Source: Acetivibrio sp.
GTDB taxonomy: Bacteria; Bacillota; Clostridia; Lachnospirales; Lachnospiraceae
Direction: 5' to 3'
DNA: 64,000 nucleotides
Assembly (NCBI GenBank): GCA_031553075.1
Contig: JAVBLX010000035.1
Span: 560 to 64,559, forward strand
Under the pieces are notes generated by a model. That model saw only the letters and a program-made list of their open reading frames with translations. It was not told the DNA's origin and ran no database searches. Position numbers and translations under genes: made by a program. How positions within the stretch are numbered: position 1 is the first letter of the stretch; every line of letters begins with the position of its first letter. Of this stretch, positions 27,841 to 35,462 are shown in pieces.

Positions 27841-28746
27841 ATGGGTAAAATGTCAGTGAACATTGCTGGTGTGGATTTTGCCAATCCAGTTATGACTGCT
27901 TCCGGGACCTTTGGCTCTGGAAGTGAGTACAGCGAATTTGTGGATTTAAACTGTTTGGGTGGAGTGGTAACCAAAGGTGTGGCTAATGTACCATGGCCGG
28001 GGAATCCGACACCAAGAATTGCCGAGACTTATGGTGGAATGATTAATGCAGTAGGACTGCAAAATCCGGGGATTGATGTGTTTATTCAGCGAGATATTCC
28101 TTTTTTGAAGAAATATGATACCAAAATAATTGTGAATGTATGCGGAAAAACAACAGAAGATTATGTTGCAGTAGTAGAGCGCCTGGCTGACCAGCCAGTG
28201 GATTTACTGGAAATAAATATTTCTTGTCCTAATGTAAAAGAAGGCGGGATTGCTTTTGGTCAGGACCCAAAAGCGGTGGAGGCAATTACAAAAGAGCTTA
28301 AAAAATATGCAAAGCAGCCAATTGTTATGAAGCTTAGTCCTAATGTTACTGACATTACGGAGATGGCAAGAGCAGCAGAGGCGGGAGGCGCTGATGCGTT
28401 ATCATTAATTAATACATTAACAGGAATGAAGATAGATATTCATAAAAGAGCATTTGCTTTGGCGAATAAGACAGGGGGATTATCCGGCCCTGCGATAAAG
28501 CCTGTGGCTATCCGAATGGTTTATCAAGTAGCCAATGCGGTAAAATTGCCATTAATTGGAATGGGCGGAATTATGACTGGCGAGGATGCCGTTGAGTTTA
28601 TGATGGCAGGGGCAACCGGAATTTCGGTTGGTACAGCTAATTTTGCAAATCCTAGAGCTACTCTGGATATATTAAATGGTATGGAACGTTATATGGAGCA
28701 ATATGGTGTGACGGATATTAATGAGTTAATTGGATGTGTAAAGTAA
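27841..28746 (+). CDS. pyrD: Dihydroorotate dehydrogenase 1B catalytic subunit
   Basis: 301 aa. EINISCPNVKEGG and GGLSGPAIKP motifs. Confidence 0.95.
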   Translation: MGKMSVNIAGVDFANPVMTASGTFGSGSEYSEFVDLNCLGGVVTKGVANVPWPGNPTPRIAETYGGMINAVGLQNPGIDVFIQRDIPFLKKYDTKIIVNVCGKTTEDYVAVVERLADQPVDLLEINISCPNVKEGGIAFGQDPKAVEAITKELKKYAKQPIVMKLSPNVTDITEMARAAEAGGADALSLINTLTGMKIDIHKRAFALANKTGGLSGPAIKPVAIRMVYQVANAVKLPLIGMGGIMTGEDAVEFMMAGATGISVGTANFANPRATLDILNGMERYMEQYGVTDINELIGCVK

Positions 28747-28910
28747 TAAGAGAAAGCTTTCTTGGATAAAAATTGTGGATAACTATGATACGATAGTGGT
28801 AACTTGGAAAGATAATAATGTTATTTCCTTACACGAGTTGATTGAGATGCCTGATAATGAACAAGTTATTTTTTGATAATGGATAGATAAAGACAGGAGG
28901 ATATGATAAA

Positions 28911-29585
28911 ATGGAACAATACAAGCAGGAGTTTATTGAGTTTATGGTGGACAGTGAGGTTCTCAAGTTTGGCGAGTTTACCTTAAAAAGTGGAAGAAAA
29001 TCTCCATTTTTTATGAATGCTGGTGCGTATGTGACGGGGAGCCAGTTGACCCGATTGGGAGAGTACTATGCCAAGGCGATTCATGACAACTATGGTGATG
29101 ATTTTGATGTTTTATTTGGACCAGCGTATAAGGGAATTCCTTTAAGTGTGGCAACGACTATGGCTTACAGCCGTTTATTTGGAAAAGAAATCCGCTACTG
29201 CTCCAACCGGAAAGAAGAAAAAGACCATGGCGATGCCGGGATTTTACTGGGAAGCAAGATTAAGGATGGGGATCGAGTAGTAATCATCGAAGACGTGACT
29301 ACTTCGGGGAAATCCATTGAGGAAACCTTCCCAATCATTAAGGCTCAAGGCAATGTGGAAATCATTGGTCTCATGGTATCCCTTAACCGGATGGAACGGG
29401 GCAAAGGGGAAAAGAGTGCATTGGAGGAAATCAAAAGCACCTATGGATTTGATGCAAATGCCATTGTTTCTATGGCGGAAGTGGTAGAACACTTGTATAA
29501 TAAGGAGTATAATGGTAAAATAATAATAGATGATACCATAAAATCAGCTATTGATACGTATTATGAACAATATGGTGTAAAATAA
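28911..29585 (+). CDS. pyrE: Orotate phosphoribosyltransferase
   Basis: 224 aa. PRPP-binding motif VVIIEDVTTSGKS. Confidence 0.93.
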   Translation: MEQYKQEFIEFMVDSEVLKFGEFTLKSGRKSPFFMNAGAYVTGSQLTRLGEYYAKAIHDNYGDDFDVLFGPAYKGIPLSVATTMAYSRLFGKEIRYCSNRKEEKDHGDAGILLGSKIKDGDRVVIIEDVTTSGKSIEETFPIIKAQGNVEIIGLMVSLNRMERGKGEKSALEEIKSTYGFDANAIVSMAEVVEHLYNKEYNGKIIIDDTIKSAIDTYYEQYGVK

Positions 29586-29602
29586 AAAGGGAGGCCCGAT
29601 GT

Positions 29603-29755
29603 ATGGGAGAAAAAATCTATACCACGATGAAATCAGTTGGAACAGCAAATTTAGTACTGGGGATTGTGATTATGCTTGTGGGCATCGGTACCGGGGTAGC
29701 AGTTATCGTGAGCGGAGCAAAGCTACTGAATAAGAAAAAGGATTTGCTATTCTAA
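29603..29755 (+). CDS. Small single-TM protein (50 aa), hypothetical
   Basis: Not in the track. ATG lies 8 nt after GGGAGG. Translation: MGEKIYTTMKSVGTANLVLGIVIMLVGIGTGVAVIVSGAKLLNKKKDLLF. Confidence 0.5.
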   Translation: MGEKIYTTMKSVGTANLVLGIVIMLVGIGTGVAVIVSGAKLLNKKKDLLF

Positions 29756-29809
29756 ATCAGGATTTTGGAAAAGACAAAATTTGTAAAAAAAATTGTTTAC
29801 AAAAGGCAG

Positions 29810-29850
29810 GATATGTTGTACCATGTAAAAAACAACATATTCTGTTTTTT
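29810..29850 (+). terminator. Terminator-like hairpin between the pyr operon and the Tad-like locus
   Basis: GATATGTTGT (29810-29819) pairs with ACAACATAT(T) (29832-29841), followed by TCTGTTTTTT. It lies only about 26 nt upstream of the TTG start at 29876. Confidence 0.4.
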
Positions 29851-29875
29851 ATTTGTAAAAAGGAGGGGGTTATAT

Positions 29876-30685
29876 TTGGTAATTGCTTTTTGGAGCAATG
29901 TAAAAGGAAAAGGAGGAGTCACCAGTAATTTAGCTTGCATCAGTGTACAGGCGGCTTTAGAAGGGCGGGATTCCATCCTCTTTGAAAATCATTTTAACAT
30001 TCATTCAATGGGTGATATTCTGGAGGGAGCAGCAAAAAATCATTATTTAAAGGAGGAGTACAGTTATCAAAGGCGTGGTCTGGAACCATTAATACGACAG
30101 TTTCAATGCGGATACGCCGTGGGGAATATTAAGGAAAGCTACAGCGTCTCATATTTACAGAAAGGAATTTCCTATCTGCCCCAAAGTCAGTGGATGAATC
30201 AGGAACTATTTGATTATGAATTCTGTCAGGTAATCAGACCGATGCTTAAAGAGCTTAAAAAGGTCGCCGGAACCATTTATATTGATACCAGTCCGGAGGA
30301 TTTACTTAGTACCAGAAGCATTTTAGAAGAGGCCGATGTCATCGTAGTAAATTTAAATCAAGATCCTCATGTGGTGGATCATTATTTCAAAAATTATCAT
30401 TCTTATATGGAAAAATCCATATTTCTGTTAAGTCATTATGAAGAAGAATCTAGGTTTAATCGAAAATTAATCTTTAAAAAATATCCAGTTGGAAAAGAAA
30501 AGATTGCAGTAATACCTTATTTTGCGCCGTTCAAAGAGGCTGTAGGAGAGGGGAGAGTGATTCGTTTCTTTGAAGAAAATAAGAAAGGGAGTAGAAAAAA
30601 AGAGAGTACTTACTTTTTTGAAGAAGTAAAGGAAGCATCGGATATGATTTGGGAGTTTGCAAAGGGGAGGGAAAAGAAGGATTGA
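29876..30685 (+). CDS. ParA/MinD-fold protein with a degenerate P-loop (TadZ/CpaE-like position)
   Basis: TTG start lies 8 nt after AAGGAGGGGG, so the track start 29765 is probably an artefactual extension. Beta-strand plus loop VIAFWSNVKGKGGVTSNLA, compared with the canonical KGGxGK[ST]. Walker-B-like TIYIDTSP, then ADVIVVNLNQD. Confidence 0.65.
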   Translation: MVIAFWSNVKGKGGVTSNLACISVQAALEGRDSILFENHFNIHSMGDILEGAAKNHYLKEEYSYQRRGLEPLIRQFQCGYAVGNIKESYSVSYLQKGISYLPQSQWMNQELFDYEFCQVIRPMLKELKKVAGTIYIDTSPEDLLSTRSILEEADVIVVNLNQDPHVVDHYFKNYHSYMEKSIFLLSHYEEESRFNRKLIFKKYPVGKEKIAVIPYFAPFKEAVGEGRVIRFFEENKKGSRKKESTYFFEEVKEASDMIWEFAKGREKKD

Positions 30686-30687
30686 CA

Positions 30688-32316
30688 ATGGAACACTTGC
30701 GGGAAGGAGTTATGGAAACTTTTAACCAGCTGCTGCGGGAAAATCCGTATGAACTTAATTTAAGTGGAGAGGAATTAAAAAGTCGGCTTGAGAGCAAAAA
30801 AGAATTGAGAAAGGCTTTAAAAAGCTGCATTTTCGGGGATAAAGAAGCAAAGCTCTTGGTAAAGTCCTACATCAGGGATATCCTGGTAAAAAAATATAAA
30901 ATAAATAAGGACAACATTGAGGAATACGTTTGCTTTGATAATCCTTTGGGATTGTCTGCTCAGGATAAATTTGGGATTTTACTGTATATATATCAAAAGG
31001 AATCAAAGGAACTGGCATTAGAACGTTTGATTGAAGCGTATCAGCTGGATCAGCCAAGAAGAACACCAGCGGGGATGCTTTACTATGAAATCACGGCGGC
31101 AGATATCCATGACGTTTATGAAGAAACCCCATGTATCCTGCTTAATTTTATAGATAAGCTAAACATTCTTTCGCAAAAGATTTATGAAAATTATAAGGGG
31201 AATGGGGCGATAGACGAGATACGGGATATGAAAATTGATGGAGTAAGTGCCGGAGTGTCGGGGATTCCGGAGGACTTTCAACAGGAAAAGCTGGAACAGC
31301 ATACGTTACCTTCTGCTTATGACAGTATCTGGCTGTTTTATCATGGAAAATCCATTTCCTTATCATTCTTAAGCTTTTACAGTTACAAAGAGCTTATCCG
31401 TGTCTGCCGGAATATCTATCGGTATAATAATCCGGGGCAGCTTTCGGAAACCAAAGGATACATTGTCAATGAGATGAAAGATGGCTCCCGTGTAGCAGTG
31501 GCAAGACCACCTTTTTGTGAATCATGGGTTTTATTTATCCGAAAGTTTGACACTGTGCTTCAGGAGAGTATTTACAAGTTGCTTACGGACCGGAATGCAG
31601 ACCTGGCGATTGAGTGGATTAAGTGGTTGATAAAGGGCTGTATGATAACGGGGATAACTGGCCAGCAGGGAAGTGGTAAGACGACTCTTTTAATGGCACT
31701 GATTGGATTTATTTCTCCTGCGTATAATTTACGGATTCAGGAACTGTCCTTTGAGCTTCATTTGAGAACAATATATCCGGAGCGAAATATTGTTTCATTT
31801 AAGGAAACGGGGAATATTTCAGGGAAAGCAAGCCTTGATTTCATGAAGAAATCGGATGGAACGGTGACGATACTGGGAGAGGTGGCTACGGATGAAGTAA
31901 GTGTCTGGCTGATTAAGGTGGCTCAAGTGGCCTCTTTATTTACGCTGTTTACCCATCATGCTAAAACAACCGAAAACCTGGTGATTTCCATGCGGAATTC
32001 TTTATTGATGGAAGGGGGCTTTCAAAATGAACGCATTGCCGAAGAACAGGTGGTAGAAGCGATTAACTTTGACATCCATATGAAAAAGGACAATGACGGG
32101 CACCGTTACATTGAACGGATTACAGAGATTATACCAGAGAAGGAAAGGGGATTTCGGACCAGAAACATTGTGGTTTGGGAGGATGGCGAATATCATATGG
32201 CAAATCTTGTTTCAGAGGAACGGCTGGAGCAGCTTAAAAGTATGCTGAGCAAAGAGGAACTGCTGCAATTTGATGGGTTTGTAAAGGCACAGTGGGCTGA
32301 GGCAAAGAGAGGGTAA
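30688..32316 (+). CDS. CpaF/TadA/VirB11-class secretion (type IV filament) ATPase, divergent
   Basis: Walker A ITGQQGSGKTTLLMAL, Walker B/catalytic Glu TILGEVATDE, and His-box-like TLFTHHAKT. ATG 30688 lies 2 nt after the previous stop. Confidence 0.8.
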   Translation: MEHLREGVMETFNQLLRENPYELNLSGEELKSRLESKKELRKALKSCIFGDKEAKLLVKSYIRDILVKKYKINKDNIEEYVCFDNPLGLSAQDKFGILLYIYQKESKELALERLIEAYQLDQPRRTPAGMLYYEITAADIHDVYEETPCILLNFIDKLNILSQKIYENYKGNGAIDEIRDMKIDGVSAGVSGIPEDFQQEKLEQHTLPSAYDSIWLFYHGKSISLSFLSFYSYKELIRVCRNIYRYNNPGQLSETKGYIVNEMKDGSRVAVARPPFCESWVLFIRKFDTVLQESIYKLLTDRNADLAIEWIKWLIKGCMITGITGQQGSGKTTLLMALIGFISPAYNLRIQELSFELHLRTIYPERNIVSFKETGNISGKASLDFMKKSDGTVTILGEVATDEVSVWLIKVAQVASLFTLFTHHAKTTENLVISMRNSLLMEGGFQNERIAEEQVVEAINFDIHMKKDNDGHRYIERITEIIPEKERGFRTRNIVVWEDGEYHMANLVSEERLEQLKSMLSKEELLQFDGFVKAQWAEAKRG

Positions 32317-32325
32317 GGGGGAAAA

Positions 32326-33966
32326 ATGTATTTATTTCTATCTGAAAACAAAATAACCCGCAGATATGTTAGACGCTTAAGTAAACTATATGGAATCGTG
32401 AGTCCATCCAGCCAGGCGGTAAATGAAAGGCGTGTCCTTGAGATCCTTCTTCTCCAGCTTATATTATCTGGCATTTTATTGCTGTTTCCACTGAGGTTTG
32501 GAGCTTTTAATATGTACTATTATTTATATTTATTGCCCATGTGTTATCTGGTAAATCGCCAATTGGTTATGGCAAGGCTTGAGAAGGCAGAGTATGGATT
32601 GTTAAAGCAGATGGAGCATTATCTGGGAGAAATCCGTCATTTTTATCATTTGAACGGGACAGTAGAGGAAGCAGTCTATGAATCACAAGAGCAGGCACCA
32701 GCCCAAATTCTTGCTCACATAAATACTATTTATGACATTTTACTTCTTGGAGATGATGGGGAGGTAGAAAAGTATAAAGAACAGGCACCCAATAAGTTTC
32801 TTGTAACTTTTCTGGCACTTTGCTGGTTAACTGTTAAGTATGGCGATACCTACGAAGATGGCAGCTCACTATTTCTGGCAAATCTCAACCATCTGAAAAC
32901 GGAAATTCATCTGGAGCTGTTAAAACGGGAGAAAGTGGCACATACCTTTGCGGGACTTCTATTTATTACCATAATCCCCATGTTTTCCTTCAAACCAATT
33001 GAAAAATGGGGAATGACGAATCTTCCAGAGCTGACGGACTATTATCAAGGGAGCTATGGGCTGGGGGTTACGGCACTGATTTTTGCGGCGACAGTCATTG
33101 CGTATTTGGTAATTAGTCAATTAAAAGAGGAGCGGGAATATCTGAGAAGTACTCATGAGTGGTTGGACTGGCTGGGAGAAGTTGGTTGGATAAAAAAGTT
33201 TTTGTGGGGGTGGGGAAATCAGAATACAAGGCTGGTTTATCAGTTACATAAGGTAATAAAGCGGACTGGGGAAGGCATATCGGTGAATCAGTACATTCTA
33301 AGGAAGCTGATGTTGGGGTTGGGGAGCTTTGGCTTTCTGGTGGCTTTGCTGGAGCGGATGACCTGGCTATCCAGTCATGGAAGAAGCTTCTGGTTTCACT
33401 TTATGTGTGTGCTTCTGGCAGGTATGGGTGGCATCATAGTTTCTGGAATCCCCAGGTTTGTAATGGAAATCCGGGGGTTTTTCCTCAAGCAGGATAAGGA
33501 GGATGAGGTGATGCAGTTTCATTCCATTCTGCTTATGCTTATTCATATCGAAAGAATGAATATAGAAACCATACTGGAATGGTTGGAGATGTTTTCTAAT
33601 ATCTTTCGGACCTCTCTTCAGGCCTGCGTGGACCAGTATCCCTATGATGGGGAGGCGGCTCTTGAAAAATTGAAAGGGGAAGAACCTTTTCCACCCTTTT
33701 TAAGAATTGTGGAAAATTTGGAGGTCAGTGATCGGACGGGGATACGGGTTGCCTTCGAGGAAATTGCATCACAACAAAAGTATTACGAAGAAAAAAGAAA
33801 ACAGGACAATGAGATTCTAATTACCAACAAGGGAGTAATTGGAAAGGTAATTGCCTATGTTCCCTTGATTCTGACGCTTGGATTTTACCTGATTGTGCCT
33901 TTTGTTCTGGAAAGTATTACGCAGCTGGCTGGATTTATGGAACAAATGAACGTGGTCGGCAAATGA
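32326..33966 (+). CDS. Polytopic membrane protein (about 8 TM), probable TadB/TadC (GspF-like) platform, single large polypeptide
   Basis: 546 aa. AAGGGGG RBS. The C-terminal part (cytoplasmic helical bundle ...LEWLEMFSNIFRTSLQACVDQ...FLRIVENLEVSDRTGIRVAFEEIA... followed by a terminal TM helix) resembles a T2SS-F domain. It sits immediately after the ATPase gene. Confidence 0.6.
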   Translation: MYLFLSENKITRRYVRRLSKLYGIVSPSSQAVNERRVLEILLLQLILSGILLLFPLRFGAFNMYYYLYLLPMCYLVNRQLVMARLEKAEYGLLKQMEHYLGEIRHFYHLNGTVEEAVYESQEQAPAQILAHINTIYDILLLGDDGEVEKYKEQAPNKFLVTFLALCWLTVKYGDTYEDGSSLFLANLNHLKTEIHLELLKREKVAHTFAGLLFITIIPMFSFKPIEKWGMTNLPELTDYYQGSYGLGVTALIFAATVIAYLVISQLKEEREYLRSTHEWLDWLGEVGWIKKFLWGWGNQNTRLVYQLHKVIKRTGEGISVNQYILRKLMLGLGSFGFLVALLERMTWLSSHGRSFWFHFMCVLLAGMGGIIVSGIPRFVMEIRGFFLKQDKEDEVMQFHSILLMLIHIERMNIETILEWLEMFSNIFRTSLQACVDQYPYDGEAALEKLKGEEPFPPFLRIVENLEVSDRTGIRVAFEEIASQQKYYEEKRKQDNEILITNKGVIGKVIAYVPLILTLGFYLIVPFVLESITQLAGFMEQMNVVGK

Positions 33967-33974
33967 ATTGATGA

Positions 33975-34080
33975 TAACAGTGCTGCGAAGCTGGTAAATG
34001 GTTTGAGGAGTAACAGTGCTGTGAGGGTGGCAAATGATTTAATGATGAATGAATAACAGTGCCGTAGGTACGGTAGAGGG
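33975..34080 (+). repeat. Three direct repeats headed by TAACAGTGC in the spacer before the 150-aa gene
   Basis: TAACAGTGCTGCGAAGCTGGTAAATGGTTT (33975-), TAACAGTGCTGTGAGGGTGGCAAATGATTT (34011-) and TAACAGTGCCGTAGGTACGGTAGAGG (34054-). Periods are 36 and 43 nt. Confidence 0.8.
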
Positions 34081-34088
34081 GAGTTTAA

Positions 34089-34541
34089 ATGGATAATAGT
34101 TTAAAAGGATTAATATTGGCCGCAGGCACAATCATAACCTGCATAGTTGTGGGATTGGGCTTTTTCATTGCCAGAGAGGCAAGGGATACGGCTGCCAGTG
34201 GAGCGGGACAGATATCAAAGCTTAATGCGGAATTTAATGAAAGTGATAAAGTGATGTACGATGGTCTTTCCGTATCAGGGAGTGAAGTAATCAATGTAAT
34301 TAATAAGTTTAAAAATCAGGATTTATCAATAAAGGTAACCACGGGGAAAGGAACGTTTTACTACAATCATACATTGAATGGTGATGGAAATAGTTTGGGC
34401 AGTGGTAGTGGCACATCGGTGAAGGAAGCTCAAAAAACCACCAGTAGCAATTATATAAATCCCAACGCACAGTTTATGGGAGCGGTTGTCCGAGATGCTA
34501 ATAATGCCATTATTGGTCTGGCATTTGCTCAGGAGGCCTAA
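34089..34541 (+). CDS. Pilin-like protein (150 aa): short leader ending in Gly, hydrophobic helix, soluble beta-rich domain
   Basis: MDNSLKG-LILAAGTIITCIVVGLGFFIA-RE.... GAGGGGA RBS 7 nt upstream. First gene after the platform gene, where major pilins sit in Tad loci. Confidence 0.55.
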   Translation: MDNSLKGLILAAGTIITCIVVGLGFFIAREARDTAASGAGQISKLNAEFNESDKVMYDGLSVSGSEVINVINKFKNQDLSIKVTTGKGTFYYNHTLNGDGNSLGSGSGTSVKEAQKTTSSNYINPNAQFMGAVVRDANNAIIGLAFAQEA

Positions 34542-34650
34542 AGCGATTCTCTTCATACGGAAAGATGCAAAAGACGTATTCTTTACAGAGTGTTTGCCGC
34601 TGGTAGCGGTATTAAGTGAAAGTGTGATGCAGAAAGAGGGAGATGAGAGA

Positions 34651-34815
34651 ATGGAAAATGGATTGGATTTAATGTTTGAAACATTGGGGGTATTTTTATT
34701 TTGTCTGGCACTTACCCTCACCATAGAGCTATTTCATAATCTGGAGCAGCTGGAAAACCAGACCATGGATAATTTATATGATTCCCATGTGTTTTACAGT
34801 GTGGCAGTAGAGTGA
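34651..34815 (+). CDS. Small (54 aa) hydrophobic-helix protein, possible Flp-like or minor subunit
   Basis: ATG lies 8 nt after GAGGGAG. Translation: MENG-LDLMFETLGVFLFCLALTLTIELFHNLEQLENQTMDNLYDSHVFYSVAVE. The upstream part of track ORF 34486.. overlaps the previous gene and lacks an RBS. Confidence 0.5.
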   Translation: MENGLDLMFETLGVFLFCLALTLTIELFHNLEQLENQTMDNLYDSHVFYSVAVE

Positions 34816-34824
34816 GGTGATGGA

Positions 34825-35322
34825 GTGGATTCCTTTGGAAGAATGATTGAAATTATCATTACGGTAATTCTTTTGTTTTTGGTTCCTATTCAGTATATGG
34901 CTATCCGACAGGACAGCATTTGTCAAAGCTATGTTACCACAGAAACGGCTTACTTCGTGGATTCGGTGCGAAACACAGGATTTGTGACGAAAGGGATGTA
35001 CCAGACCTTTCTTAGAAAATTGAGCGGAACCAGTCAAGTCTATGAAGTAGAGTTGAATCACTACCGACGTGTAATTGACTTGACCGACGAGAATTACTCG
35101 GAATATTATCAGGGCATTTATACACAGGATATTATCGAAGGTATGGAGGAATTGGGAAGGGAGGGGTATCTCTTCGGACGTGGTGATTTCTTTTCTGTTA
35201 AGGTGGTAAATGTGAATAAGACACTGGGAACCAGAATGCAGGAGTTGTTTACAGGACGTGCTTTTCCCGGCGGGGAAATTTGTGTTGTATATGGAGGTGC
35301 CATACGGGATGAGATTCGTTAG
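34825..35322 (+). CDS. Pseudopilin/TadE-like N-terminally anchored protein (165 aa)
   Basis: GTG lies 5 nt after GAGGTG (an alternative ATG is at 34843). VDSFG-RMIEIIITVILLFLVPIQYMAI-RQD..., then a soluble domain. Confidence 0.55.
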   Translation: MDSFGRMIEIIITVILLFLVPIQYMAIRQDSICQSYVTTETAYFVDSVRNTGFVTKGMYQTFLRKLSGTSQVYEVELNHYRRVIDLTDENYSEYYQGIYTQDIIEGMEELGREGYLFGRGDFFSVKVVNVNKTLGTRMQELFTGRAFPGGEICVVYGGAIRDEIR

Positions 35323-35390
35323 TACAGTGAGTGTATACGGGATTAGATTCATTCGTACATGGAGGAGCCATTTGGGATGAGATTCCATAA
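35291..35390 (+). repeat. Tandem triplication of the 3' end of the 165-aa gene
   Basis: Copy 1 is ATGGAGGTGCCATACGGGATGAGATTCGTTA (35291-35321, includes the stop). Copy 2 is GTGAGTGTATACGGGATTAGATTCATTCGTA (35327-35357). Copy 3 is CATGGAGGAGCCATTTGGGATGAGATTCCATAA (35359-35390). Confidence 0.8.
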
Positions 35391-35462
35391 CACATGAGGT
35401 GGTAAAAGGAGAAGTGATGGGGATTAGATGGATATGAGTGCAAATATGGAAGGGGATATGAA

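Noticed and set aside
24703-29600. PyrR-type attenuators or other riboswitches in the pyr gene cluster spacers (25990-26116, 28747-28910).
   Set aside because: There is no PyrR binding-loop-like sequence (ARUCCAGAGAGG type) and no terminator/antiterminator pairs. The spacers contain only A-rich direct repeats and a 12-nt palindrome (AGAAAGCTTTCT at 28751-28762).
34774-35388. A 204-aa minus-strand ORF (and 35249-35443, 64 aa) overlapping the 54-aa and 165-aa genes of the Tad-like locus.
   Set aside because: The plus-strand genes have SD sequences and N-terminal hydrophobic helices, and they are collinear with the operon. The minus ORF has no SD, and its repeated NLIPY segment simply mirrors the 3'-end triplication.
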